A stretch of 64,000 nucleotides of DNA, from NCBI GenBank assembly GCA_963822585.1, contig CAWGIE010000036.1:256001-320000 (forward strand), written 5' to 3'. Of the stretch, positions 43,640 to 53,498 are shown one piece after another (positions within the stretch are counted from its first letter, which is position 1; each line of letters begins with the position of its first letter). Under the pieces are notes generated by a model. The model was not told where the DNA came from, ran no database searches, and saw only the letters and a program-made list of their open reading frames with translations. The DNA is from an uncultured bacterium. GTDB taxonomy: Bacteria > Auribacterota > Erginobacteria > Erginobacterales > Erginobacteraceae. The translations under genes were made by a program, and so were the position numbers.

Positions 43640-43702
43640 AATCGCCTCCTATTATAAATTAGCTTGCGCAGTCTACCCCGATTTATCGGGGCTCGAAATT
43701 TA

Positions 43703-43881
43703 TGTAGGATCGTCCTTCATTCCGTGAAGGACTTGCAGGAGATGTAGTAAATGTAGTATCGCCTTGCCGGAGGCAAGGCTTGCTGAGCCGCAAGCGAAGC
43801 GATCCTACAATTCCTACAAAGAATGCCGCAGGCATTCTGATCCTACAAGTCCTGTCGCGCAAGCGACTGGACGATACTACA
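43703..43881. repeat. 179-bp structured palindromic element, copy 1 (rplU-rpmA junction)
   Basis: Ends tgtaggatcgtcc / ggacgatactaca; near-identical to 52328-52506. Confidence 0.9.
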
Positions 43882-43943
43882 CTATCGGATTTCTCTTCCT
43901 TTGAAATTTCGCGGCAGTAAATAAGATACACGCCAGCGCGGAC

Positions 43944-44441
43944 TTAAGACGCTTTCTTCCGGGCCTTCGGTTTCGCTTTGCTTCCGGTTTTTTTCTTGCC
44001 GGCTTTTTTCCCGGCCGCCGCGGTTTTTTTCTTGGCACCTTTCGCCGCTGCCGGCTTTTTCACCGGTTTCTTCTTTTCTGCCGGAGGACTCATCTCTTCC
44101 GACTCGACCCGGCGCCCTTTACCCGGAGGGGTGATCTCCTCGATCTCCACCGTGCAAAAACCCTGGCGATGTCCCATTTTCCGGTGTGAGTCTTTTCTCC
44201 GCTTATACTTATAAACAATAACCTTCGGGGCTTTGCTGAACCCGATAATTCGTCCCGCAACGGCGAAGCCGTCGAGCAGGGGACGTCCCACCGCCAGTGT
44301 TTCCCCGTCCCAGTGAAGAAGGACTTGCGTGAAAGTCACTTGTTCACCTTTGGCGGCCGGGAGCGTCGGCGTTTTGATAGTATCTCCCTTCTGGACCAGG
44401 TATTGTTTCCCGGCTATTTCCACTACCGCAAAATTCATCAT
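43944..44441 (-). CDS. rplU: 50S ribosomal protein L21 with Lys/Ala-rich C-terminal tail
   Basis: FAVVEIAGKQY, KYKRRK....GHRQ; RBS GGAGG upstream of 44441. Confidence 0.94.
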   Translation of the reverse strand: MMNFAVVEIAGKQYLVQKGDTIKTPTLPAAKGEQVTFTQVLLHWDGETLAVGRPLLDGFAVAGRIIGFSKAPKVIVYKYKRRKDSHRKMGHRQGFCTVEIEEITPPGKGRRVESEEMSPPAEKKKPVKKPAAAKGAKKKTAAAGKKAGKKKTGSKAKPKARKKAS

Positions 44442-44504
44442 TATTCCTCCAGTTTCAATCAAATCTAAGGAAGGACGTGCGTCCTGTCAATTGAAATCAA
44501 TATC

Positions 44505-46037
44505 CTAACTTACCTTTTCCTGGCCGTCGCCGGAGAGGGCCCAGACAATATACTCCTGAAACCCGAGATCGGCGTTATCGATGATGCTGAGCCGGATCCC
44601 ATACTGGCGACCGAATCTCCGCAACTGATCCCATCCCTCTTCCAGCAGAAAACGGGCCAGAGGCGGCGCGGCTTCGATCCGGAATCTCTTCACTTTGGGA
44701 AATCTAAGCATCCCCGAACCGAGCCGCCGCTCGATCTCCAACCCCATGCTGAACAATGACTTGACCACCCCCAGCCCCTGGCAATACGGGCAGCATTCAT
44801 ATACTTTCATTAAAAAGCTTTCTTCTTCCCGTTGCCGCGTCAACTGGACCAGCCCGAATTCGGAGAACGGTAAAACCCGGGTCTTGGCCTTGTCCTTTTT
44901 CAGTTCCTTGAGGAGGGCGCCCATCACCCGCTTCTGATATTTCCGGGAGACCATGTCGATGAAGTCGATCACGATAATCCCCCCCACGTTCCGAAGGCGA
45001 AGCTGGGTCGCCACCTCTTCGGCGGCTTCCATATTCGCCTTCAAAGCCGTCTCTTCCTGTCCCTTCCCGCCCTTGTGTTTCCCCGAGTTGACGTCAACCG
45101 CCACCAGGGCCTCCGTCTGATTGAAAACCAGAAACCCCCCGCATTTCAGCCAAATCTTCGGCTTGAAAAGTTTTTCGATCTCCCCCTCCAGGCCGTGCTT
45201 TTCGAAAAGCGGGGTGCGGCCCCGATAATAAACCAGCTGGGATTGCGCCTCGGGAGAGAAACTGGACAGGAAGCGATTGATTTTTTTATACTCCGTCTTG
45301 GAATCAACGATAATGTGTTCGACATCGGTCAGCAGGGATTCACGGATTATCTTCATCACCAGTCCCAGTTCCTCGTGCAAAAGAGAAGGGATGGCGGCTT
45401 TCTTCTCCTGTTTCTGTACGTTTTTCCAGGTATTGAGCAGATAGTGGAGATCTTTTTTCAGATTCTTTTTGGTCGCTGTGATGGCCGCCGTTCTGACGAT
45501 CACTCCGGCTTCCTCTCCGGCTTTAAGCTCCATCATCATCTTCCGCAACCGCTGCCGGTGATCGGGTTGAGTAATTTTACGCGATATCCCGATCCGCTTT
45601 TCGCGGGGGGTCAGGACCAGATAGCGCCCGGGAAGACTGATCTGGGTGGTTAATCGCGCTCCCTTGCCGCTGATCGGTTCCTTGACGACCTGGACCGTGA
45701 TCTCCTGATCTTTGCGCAAAAGTTGCTGAATAGTCCGGACCGGACGGGCAGGGGAATTCCGGGAGGGGGACGCATCTTCATCATCAATATATTCTTCCCA
45801 GAGGGACGATGATTGTGCCGTTTCCCTCATCGGCAGAAAACCGTCTTTTTCCAGACCGATGGAGACAAAGGCGGCCGCCAGCCCGGGAAGGATGGTGGAA
45901 ACCTTGCCCTTATAAATATTTCCCAACGGACGCTGGGACTCGCCGCGCTCGAGAAAGAACTGCTCCAGTTTACCGTCCGCCAGGACTGCCACCCTGTTTT
46001 CCCGCGGATGACAGTTGATGAGGATCTCCTTGCTCAT
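44505..46037 (-). CDS. rng: Rne/Rng family ribonuclease (RNase G-like)
   Basis: GNIYKGKV, VQVVKEP..KGARLT, VDVNSG, GGIIVIDFIDM, CPYCQG. Confidence 0.92.
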   Translation of the reverse strand: MSKEILINCHPRENRVAVLADGKLEQFFLERGESQRPLGNIYKGKVSTILPGLAAAFVSIGLEKDGFLPMRETAQSSSLWEEYIDDEDASPSRNSPARPVRTIQQLLRKDQEITVQVVKEPISGKGARLTTQISLPGRYLVLTPREKRIGISRKITQPDHRQRLRKMMMELKAGEEAGVIVRTAAITATKKNLKKDLHYLLNTWKNVQKQEKKAAIPSLLHEELGLVMKIIRESLLTDVEHIIVDSKTEYKKINRFLSSFSPEAQSQLVYYRGRTPLFEKHGLEGEIEKLFKPKIWLKCGGFLVFNQTEALVAVDVNSGKHKGGKGQEETALKANMEAAEEVATQLRLRNVGGIIVIDFIDMVSRKYQKRVMGALLKELKKDKAKTRVLPFSEFGLVQLTRQREEESFLMKVYECCPYCQGLGVVKSLFSMGLEIERRLGSGMLRFPKVKRFRIEAAPPLARFLLEEGWDQLRRFGRQYGIRLSIIDNADLGFQEYIVWALSGDGQEKVS

Positions 46038-46338
46038 TGCAATTTTCCTTCGGAAAATTGTAGTTGATCTTGCGGCAACGACAATTTTCGTTTCATGCGA
46101 TTTATTTTATACATCGGGGTATTTGATTTCCCCATTGCTCCCGCATTGTAAGAGGTAAAACCGAAATTATCAACCCGAAATAATGATATAATAAGAGGAG
46201 TTACTGATGACCTTGTCCGATTAATCGAAATTTTGTTTGCATTCATGGTCATTCAGACTGTGTCATAACCATCACAATGTCATCGAAAGGAGCCCTGATA
46301 AATCGGGGTAGACTACGGAACGAAGCAATCTCAACTGG

Positions 46339-46986
46339 TCAATCTAATCCCGGGCCGAAAAATTTTACCCTCTGCCAGCGCAGGGCCGGCAGATATCCCC
46401 CCTCCGCCCCGGAAAGGGCCGAGAGGACCTCGTAGGGGCGCCCGTTCTCCTCTACGGAAAGGAGCAGTCGTAAAGTGGTCCCCTCCCCTTCCAGTTCGAT
46501 CTCCTCCACCCCCCGGCGGGCGTTAACCGTTTTCGTCTCCGGCCCCTGCCGATAGGTCACCGGGACATCATCAGCGCTCAGAAATGCCGCGACCGCGCCG
46601 GAGGTTACCAGAACCGGATCGTGTATTATCACCCGGTACTCGGCTTTTTTGATGGTTTTTCCCAGGGTGGGGGTGCCGGGTGAAACAATCCGGCCGGTTT
46701 TGACCGTGATCCCCTCGGGAAGACTCTCGTTCAGGATCGTGCAGGCTGGTTCCTCCTCGACGGGACGGGACACGGTGATCTCCAGCAGCTCGTTCAATCC
46801 TTCCATCCCGACTTTCAGGGGCGGACAAAAAGTTGCCCGGGGATGAGGACTGTACCCTTCCGAATAGGTGATCGGGAAACCGGTTCGGGAGAATGCCCGG
46901 AAAAAAAGCCGGAGGAGGTCACGATGGGAGATAAACCGGATCAAACCGGTTTTGGAATACGTCAGCCGAAGCCTGATGGGTGTCAT
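46339..46986 (-). CDS. Radical SAM-linked protein (DUF2344 / TIGR03936-like)
   Basis: RLTYSKTG..RFISHRDL.R, YSEGYSPHP; follows the radical SAM gene. The ORF's N-terminal extension is repeat-derived. Confidence 0.85.
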   Translation of the reverse strand: MTPIRLRLTYSKTGLIRFISHRDLLRLFFRAFSRTGFPITYSEGYSPHPRATFCPPLKVGMEGLNELLEITVSRPVEEEPACTILNESLPEGITVKTGRIVSPGTPTLGKTIKKAEYRVIIHDPVLVTSGAVAAFLSADDVPVTYRQGPETKTVNARRGVEEIELEGEGTTLRLLLSVEENGRPYEVLSALSGAEGGYLPALRWQRVKFFGPGLD

Positions 46987-47309
46987 TACCATGCCTGAAG
47001 TGCAATAGTTGTACCTTCCCTCGAAATGAAATAATTCACCACGAAGGTCACGAAGTACACGAAGAAAAGTGGAGAAAACAGGTTCTTTCCCATTGATAAA
47101 ACTGGTAATGACTGAGCTTGTCGAAGGGAGGCCAAGATCCCGATACATCGGGACTCTGCCCGGAAACAAGTTAATTGATCATTACGAACAGTTGATTTAA
47201 CCCATATGCAATAGACGAGAATCTTTACTTTTAAACCCTTCGTGTTCTTCGTGTCCTTCGTGGTTAATTAGTTTAATGACAAGGGATGCGTCCTTTAAAT
47301 AGGACACAA

Positions 47310-49082
47310 TTATTTATCGATTGATTCTCCGAAGGCCCTGCGTGATTCCCTGACTAGTATCTTTTTTTCCGGCCCGGCATCGATGTGATCCCAGGGTAAA
47401 GGATCGTCAAAGTTATACGGAGGATTCAGGTACTTCTCCCTCTCGACCCCGGTTTTACGAAAGGCCGCCGCCCATTTTTCTTCGCTGAAATGCTCCGTCC
47501 AGCCGTCAAAACGGCATCCCTCCCCCCAGGCCGATCGGAGAACCGCGCCGAGAAGACGATCGCCGCGGGCGAAGATACCTTCCAGCCGGCTCAAGACCGC
47601 CGGGTGGAACTTGAGTTTGACTTTTCGGGAATGAACCAGCCGCCGCAGCAATCCTTGCTTTCGGATAATTTCATCGGGTTGCGCCATCGACGTCCACTGG
47701 AAAGGAGTCCCCGGCTTGGGAACAAAATTCGATACCGTTACGTTTAACTGCCCCCCCCAGCCGGCGGTCCGGTTAATGAGCGCCGCGATCGCTTCCAGAT
47801 CCTCATCGGTCTCGGTGGGCAGTCCGATCATAAAATAGAGCTTGAGGATGCGCCAGCCCAGTTCACGGAGCTTCCGGGAGATATCTCCGAGGAGACCGGC
47901 GTCCAGATGTTTGTTGATAACGCCCTGCAGCCGGTCGCTGCCCGCTTCCGGCGCCAGGGTGACCCCGCTTTTCTTCAGACGCTTCAATTCTTTCAGCATC
48001 CGCTCACTCACGGTCGCTATGTTCAGGGAGGGAAGAGACAGCCGCGCCTTCTTTCCGGCCAGCATCGGGGAGAGCTCTTCCAGCAAGGGCTCTATTCCCC
48101 GGTAATCGCCGGCGGAGAGAGAGAGCAGGGATACTTCTTCGAATCCGCCCTTCTCAACAAGATCGCAGGCCTGCCGGATCACCATACCGGGATCCTTTTC
48201 CCGAACGGGCCGGCCGACCCAGCCGGCCTGGCAGAAACGGCAGCCCCGGCGGCAGCCTCTCATGATCTCCACCACCGCCCGGTCGTGCACGATTTCGGTG
48301 ATCGGGACCAGCGGACGTTCAATTCGCGAACTGTCGATATTCTCCAGTATCCTCCTTTTCACCCGTTTCGGGATCGAGGGGACGCTGGGGGTGATGGTCC
48401 GGAAACGACCGGATGCGTCATAAGTTACTTCATAGAGAGAAGGCGCGTAAAGACCGGGGACTTTCTCGACCAGATGGCGGAGCAAGTCCTCTTTTTTGCG
48501 GCGACCGGAGGAGCCGGCATCAGCCGTCTCCCTCTTCCATGAACGATACGCGCCAAGGATTTCCACGACGGCTTCTTCGCCGTCCCCGATTAAAAAAAGG
48601 TCGAAGAAATCAGCCAGGGGTTCCGGATTGGTGGTATTCGCTCCTCCCCCCAGGATCAGGGGATACCCGGGCCAGGGGCGTTCCCGGGATTCCAACGGGA
48701 CCCCGGCCAGATCAAGCATGGCCAGGATATTGGTATAGGTCAGTTCTACCTGGAGGGAGAACCCCCAGATATCAAACTCCGCGGCCGGGGTAAACGACTC
48801 CAGCGAGCAAAGGGGGATCTCCTTGCGGCGCAGTTCCGCCTCCATGTCATCCCAGACGGCGAACGCTCTTTCCGCGGATGCCCAGCTTAAGCGATTGACG
48901 ACGTCATAGAGGATCCGGAGCCCATGATGACTCATCCCGACTTCATAAAGATCGGGATAACTGAGCAGGAACCTGATCTCGGCCGCGGGCCGGCAGGTGG
49001 CATTTATCTCTCCCCCGATGTAGCGTGCCGGACGCTGGACAAAGGGAAGAACCTCCGTCTCCAGTAACTCTCTAATGTTCAT
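47310..49082 (-). CDS. B12-binding-like radical SAM protein (TIGR03960-like)
   Basis: PARYIGGE, YPDLYEVGMS, RGCRRGCRFC, APEAGS.RL, YFMIGLPTET, PKPGTPFQW. Confidence 0.92.
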   Translation of the reverse strand: MNIRELLETEVLPFVQRPARYIGGEINATCRPAAEIRFLLSYPDLYEVGMSHHGLRILYDVVNRLSWASAERAFAVWDDMEAELRRKEIPLCSLESFTPAAEFDIWGFSLQVELTYTNILAMLDLAGVPLESRERPWPGYPLILGGGANTTNPEPLADFFDLFLIGDGEEAVVEILGAYRSWKRETADAGSSGRRKKEDLLRHLVEKVPGLYAPSLYEVTYDASGRFRTITPSVPSIPKRVKRRILENIDSSRIERPLVPITEIVHDRAVVEIMRGCRRGCRFCQAGWVGRPVREKDPGMVIRQACDLVEKGGFEEVSLLSLSAGDYRGIEPLLEELSPMLAGKKARLSLPSLNIATVSERMLKELKRLKKSGVTLAPEAGSDRLQGVINKHLDAGLLGDISRKLRELGWRILKLYFMIGLPTETDEDLEAIAALINRTAGWGGQLNVTVSNFVPKPGTPFQWTSMAQPDEIIRKQGLLRRLVHSRKVKLKFHPAVLSRLEGIFARGDRLLGAVLRSAWGEGCRFDGWTEHFSEEKWAAAFRKTGVEREKYLNPPYNFDDPLPWDHIDAGPEKKILVRESRRAFGESIDK

Positions 49083-49262
49083 TTGGAAAAAATGCTACCC
49101 TGGCGTCGCCCTTTCTTCAATTTGATGGAATGTTGGAGTGATGGAGTATTGGAAAGCCGGCCCCCTGATCCCACCACTCCATCACTCTACCACTCCATTA
49201 CTCCATCAAGCCATTCTTTCGCGCTTGATATTATCCATGACATTCGTTGCGCATCATAAATG

Positions 49263-50363
49263 TTAATAGTAGTACCGATGCGTATACACGCTCTGGCACA
49301 GCCCCAGCAGGGCCAGGACCGACGTTGTTACCGAACCCCCGTAGCTGATCAGCGGCAGCGGTAAGCCGGTGGCCGGAAGCAGGCCGGCCGCCATCCCGAT
49401 GTTGATCCCCACGTGGCTGGCCAAAACCAGTATCGCCCCGGCCACCAGGAGCTTCCCGGTCGGTTCCCGGCATTTTCCGGCGATCAGGAAGAGACGCAGG
49501 AAAAGGACCGCATAGAGGCCGATCGTCAGCAGGCAGCCGGTAAAACCCCACTCTTCGGCCAGCACCGAGAAAATAAAATCGGTCTGGCGTTCGGGAAGAA
49601 AACTCAGCATATTCTGAGTCCCGGAGAGCCAGCCTTTTCCCCAGATGCCGCCCGATCCAATCGCTATTTTCGACTGGAGGATGGTATAGCCCGCTCCGGA
49701 CGGTTCCAGCCCCGGGTTCATAAAAACCAGAAGACGGGTTTTCTGGTACTCTTTGAGAAATAACCATAATCCCGGCGCCAGCAGGGCCAGGAGCAGGAGG
49801 AGGATCAAAATGTACTTGATGCGGCCGCCCGCGAGGAAGATCAGCCCCAGGGTTACCGGCAGAAAAATAAGAGCGGTCCCCAGATCCGGCTGCTGGCGGA
49901 TGAGAAAAGCCGGAACCGCGGCCAGGCAGCAGGGAATAATGATGTAAGACCAGCGATTCCGGTAGTCGGATTTCGCGGTGAGGTAGCGGGAGAGCATCAG
50001 GATCAAGGTTATCTTGGCGAATTCCGACGGCTGGATGGTGAAGCCCCCCAGCTGAATCCAGCGGCGGGCGCCGTACCGCGACTCTCCCAGGACCACGATG
50101 ACCGCCAACATCAGGGTCGTGCATCCGGCCAGGAAGTAACCGCCGGCGACGGCTTTCCGGTAGTCGCTGGCGGCCAGAAAGAAGAAGAGAAGGAGTCCCA
50201 GAACCAGCCAGAAGACCTGCCTTTTAAAAAAAAGGGTCCCGGTAGCTTCGCTCAGCTGGAAGGAAGCGCTGTAGACAGCCATAGTCCCGATCGCGGATAA
50301 TGCCAAAACGGCGATCAGGAGAGCCCAGTCAAGATATTTAAGGTTTCTGAAAAAATCCATCAT
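49263..50363 (-). CDS. rodA: Rod shape-determining protein RodA
   Basis: GARRWI, QPSEFAK, QPDLGTA, QSKIAIGSGG, LPERQTDFIF, PLPLISYGGS. Start set at MMDFF. Confidence 0.95.
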   Translation of the reverse strand: MMDFFRNLKYLDWALLIAVLALSAIGTMAVYSASFQLSEATGTLFFKRQVFWLVLGLLLFFFLAASDYRKAVAGGYFLAGCTTLMLAVIVVLGESRYGARRWIQLGGFTIQPSEFAKITLILMLSRYLTAKSDYRNRWSYIIIPCCLAAVPAFLIRQQPDLGTALIFLPVTLGLIFLAGGRIKYILILLLLLALLAPGLWLFLKEYQKTRLLVFMNPGLEPSGAGYTILQSKIAIGSGGIWGKGWLSGTQNMLSFLPERQTDFIFSVLAEEWGFTGCLLTIGLYAVLFLRLFLIAGKCREPTGKLLVAGAILVLASHVGINIGMAAGLLPATGLPLPLISYGGSVTTSVLALLGLCQSVYTHRYYY

Positions 50364-50522
50364 TACTACCTTAGAACTCTGCCCTCGCTCCGTTCGGGCA
50401 GTGTTCTGGAGTGTTGGAGTATGGGAATAGTGGAATAGTGGGGGGCATTTCTCCATTACTCCAATACTCCAGTACTCCACCACTCCATTTCATTTTCCCC
50501 CGGATAATACTACCTCCCCGGC

Positions 50523-52295
50523 TCATCTTGACAAACCTCTCTTCGTGTCGAAATAGCGACGCATGAATTCCCCCGCCAGCGGGGCCGCGGACTGTCCTCC
50601 GGATTCCGCGTCTTCCAGGAGTATGGCCAGGACAATTTCCGGTTTCTCTGCCGGGGCCAGGGCCAGAAACCAGGCGTGTTTGCCGTATTCGGAAGGAGAT
50701 CCTACCTGAATTGTCCCCGTTTTCCCGGCAATTTTAATCGACGGCTGGGCGGCCAGATGCCCGGTCCCGTTCACATCATTGACAACCCGAGTCATGCCCG
50801 CGAGTATTTCATCCCAGATCCTGCCCGGGAGATCGAGCTGTTTCCTGACGAACGGCTCCACTTCTTTTATGGGCTCCCCATTCGGCGAATCTATTTTCCT
50901 CACAATCCTCGGACTGTAGAGTGTGCCTTTTTCGGCGATCATGGAGCCCAGAGAGGCCATCTGGAGCGGCGTCACCAGAAGATACCCCTGCCCGATGGAA
51001 AGATTGACCGTATCCCCGGGATACCAGGGTTCCCCGAAAACTTCCTTCTTCCAGAAGCGGTCGGGAACTATCCCTGCGCTCTCCCCCGCTATCTCGATCC
51101 CGGACCGCTCTCCCATTCCCAGTTCCCGGGCCATGGCGGCGATTCGATCCACCCCCAGCTCCTGGCCCAGGTTATAAAAAAAGACGTTGCAGGAATGCTT
51201 GATCGCCTCCTGAAGACACAACGGTCCGTGGCCGGACGGCCGCCAGCATTTAAAATAACTGTTGCCCAGAACAAATATCCCCTCGCAATCATAGGTGGTT
51301 GACGGGGAAATAACCCGATATTTCAGGCCGGCCAGGGCCAGAACCAACTTGAAAGGAGAGCCCGGGGGGTATTCCCCGGTTAACGCCCGGTTCAACAGCG
51401 GGGCGCCCGGATTGGAGAATACACTGTCGGCATCTTCTTTGCGAACAGGCCGGGTCAAAAGATTCGGATCAAAAGATGGGTGACTGACCATGGCCAGGAT
51501 ATCGCCGTTGCGGGGATCCATCGCGACCGCCGCCCCCTTCCAGTCCTCCATCAGTTCATCCAGAATCTTCTGTGCCCGGATATCCATCGTCAGATATATG
51601 TTATCTCCGGGGAGCGGCTCCGTCCTGCTCAATACCTTATCCCGGTATAACCGGGCATTCACCTGCAGCTGCTCCACGCCCGGGGACCCCTTCAGATAAC
51701 GGTCATAAGCATCCTCCACGCCCATCTTACCGATGTCATCTTGGGCCCGGTAGCCGGAATCTTGCAGCCGGGCGAGTTCGCCGGGGCTGATCTGCCCGAC
51801 ATAACCGAGCAGATGGACGGGAATGGAGCCGTAAGGGTAATACCGGACCGGGTTTACCTGCACATCAACACCGGCCAGTTCCGGGCTCCTCTCCCTGAGG
51901 GCGGTGGCGGACGCGATCCCGATATCCGCGGCCAATCGCACCGGCTCGAAGGGCCGTTCCTTGAACATGTCAAGCCGGGAGTTCAGACGTGCTGCCGGTA
52001 TATCGAGGATAGCGCTGAGGACCGCGATTAACTTTCCCCGGTTTTCTATCTCGGTAGGATTAACCACCACGTCAAAACTGGGACGGTTGTCGGCCAATAC
52101 CACCTCGTTCCGGTCAAAAATTTTCCCCCGGGGGGGAGGGATCCGCACCAGGCGGATTCTATTTTTAACCGCGCGCTCCTGATACTCCTCCCCCTTGACT
52201 ACCTGCATATACCAGAGAGTAATGATGATAACCGCCCCCCAGATAATCAGGAAGATGGCCAGAACCCGCAGTCTCGCGTCAATCGCTGTCTTCAT
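50523..52295 (-). CDS. mrdA: Penicillin-binding protein 2
   Basis: PPRGKIFDRN, PGSPFK (SxxK), SCN, KTGT. Confidence 0.95.
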   Translation of the reverse strand: MKTAIDARLRVLAIFLIIWGAVIIITLWYMQVVKGEEYQERAVKNRIRLVRIPPPRGKIFDRNEVVLADNRPSFDVVVNPTEIENRGKLIAVLSAILDIPAARLNSRLDMFKERPFEPVRLAADIGIASATALRERSPELAGVDVQVNPVRYYPYGSIPVHLLGYVGQISPGELARLQDSGYRAQDDIGKMGVEDAYDRYLKGSPGVEQLQVNARLYRDKVLSRTEPLPGDNIYLTMDIRAQKILDELMEDWKGAAVAMDPRNGDILAMVSHPSFDPNLLTRPVRKEDADSVFSNPGAPLLNRALTGEYPPGSPFKLVLALAGLKYRVISPSTTYDCEGIFVLGNSYFKCWRPSGHGPLCLQEAIKHSCNVFFYNLGQELGVDRIAAMARELGMGERSGIEIAGESAGIVPDRFWKKEVFGEPWYPGDTVNLSIGQGYLLVTPLQMASLGSMIAEKGTLYSPRIVRKIDSPNGEPIKEVEPFVRKQLDLPGRIWDEILAGMTRVVNDVNGTGHLAAQPSIKIAGKTGTIQVGSPSEYGKHAWFLALAPAEKPEIVLAILLEDAESGGQSAAPLAGEFMRRYFDTKRGLSR

Positions 52296-52327
52296 CTATG
52301 AATTAGCTCGCTGCTCTCGCAAATTTA

Positions 52328-52506
52328 TGTAGGATCGTCCTTCTCCCTGTTCAGGACTTGCAGGAGATGTAGTAAATGTAGTATCGCCTTGCCGGAGGCA
52401 AGGCTTGCAGAACTGCAAGCGAAGCGATCCTGCAATTACTACAAAGAATGCCGAAGGCATTCTGATCCTACAAGTCCTGTCGCGAAAGCGAAAGGACGAT
52501 ACTACA
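52328..52506. repeat. 179-bp structured palindromic element, copy 2 (mreD-mrdA junction)
   Basis: Same length and near-identical sequence to 43703-43881. Confidence 0.9.
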
Positions 52507-52582
52507 TTACCGGATTTCTCTTTTTTGAAATTCCCGAACATTAAGTTACTCCCCTGCGGAGCTAATGTGTGTTCTCTAATGA

Positions 52583-53131
52583 TTACGGTTGCCGCACCCG
52601 CCTCAGAGCGACGTCCGTCAGCCACAGCCAGAGAGGCGCGATCAGGGTGGTCTGCCAGATGGTGGGCCAGAGCACCGAGCGCCAGACGACGGTCCAGGGC
52701 ATCGCGACGGAGAAAACAAGCAGCAACAGGTAATAGAGAAGCCCGCTGATACCGGCCCCGACGGCGACCATGATAATACGCGTGGTAAAGTGTCCCCGGT
52801 AGAGAGAACTGCTGCCGAAGGCTATCAGCACCGCCGTCACCGCCAGGGAAACCGAGTGCAGTCCCAGTATCCCGGCGGAGAAGAGGTCGGCCATGATTCC
52901 CCCCGCCATCCCCGCGAACCAGCCCGGGACCGGGCCTTCCTGCAAGGACCAGTAAATCACTACAATCAGGACCAGATCGGGCCGGAAATTGAATAAAATA
53001 CCGGCTCCCCCGGAGACGCCCTGGATAATGACTGAAGCCAACAGGAGAAGAAACAGAATAAACCGTGCTCTCCATTTTTTACCCCGGGTGGGGCTGAAGT
53101 GATGAAAAGGACGCCGGACGGTGACGCTCAT
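52583..53131 (-). CDS. mreD: Rod shape-determining protein MreD
   Basis: RPDLVLI, G...D...G hydrophobic pattern; lies between mreC and mrdA; start uncertain. Confidence 0.85.
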   Translation of the reverse strand: MSVTVRRPFHHFSPTRGKKWRARFILFLLLLASVIIQGVSGGAGILFNFRPDLVLIVVIYWSLQEGPVPGWFAGMAGGIMADLFSAGILGLHSVSLAVTAVLIAFGSSSLYRGHFTTRIIMVAVGAGISGLLYYLLLLVFSVAMPWTVVWRSVLWPTIWQTTLIAPLWLWLTDVALRRVRQP

Positions 53132-53199
53132 GGTCTAATTATTGTCCCCCTCATCTTTATAGATAACGTGGAATAATGAAGACATTGTTACCCATTGCG

Positions 53200-53430
53200 T
53201 AAATTTCTAAATCCTAATTTCCTAAATCCTAAACAAATACAAAATCAGAAATTCAAATGTCAAAACCCAGATCGCCGGGCAAGGGGCAAGTAAAGAAAGG
53301 AGCCATTGGAAGATAGCCGATGCTCTAACCTTGGTTAATCATAATCGGTCCAGGGTCCTGGTTGCGAGTCGGTTTGGGTCATTTGTCTTTGGGTCATTAT
53401 TTAGGATTTCGAAATTAGGATTTAGGGTTT
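53200..53430. repeat. 7-mer (AAATCCT-like) inverted-array element; further copies at 39681-39827 and 42150-42208 (half)
   Basis: aaatttctaaatcctaatttcctaaatcctaaacaaat ... atttaggatttcgaaattaggatttagggttt. Confidence 0.85.
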
Positions 53431-53498
53431 CCAATAAGCGCTATGTATATCTTCTTAATGAGCTTGTTGCCCAATCCCTAAAAACTTTGGGCGGTTTT

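Noticed and set aside
43683..43931. 82-aa ORF, and the similar C-terminus of ORF 52296..53075 (..RDRTCRIRMP..KPCLRQGDTTFTTSPASP..)
   Set aside because: The similarity is simply translation of the 179-bp repeat. There is no clear RBS, and the second ORF overlaps mreD out of frame. A small peptide cannot be fully excluded.
46061..46270. Possible small ORF or IS end in the AT-rich region upstream of rng (cagactgtgtcataac)
   Set aside because: No matching second end was found and the 72-aa ORF has no recognisable features. More likely a promoter or leader region.
50364..50483. N-terminal extensions of rodA, and likewise of nadE, ligA, the TPR protein, the aminotransferase, DUF2344 and HU in the ORF track
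   Set aside because: The extensions run through repeat or intergenic sequence. Downstream starts match the family N-termini.
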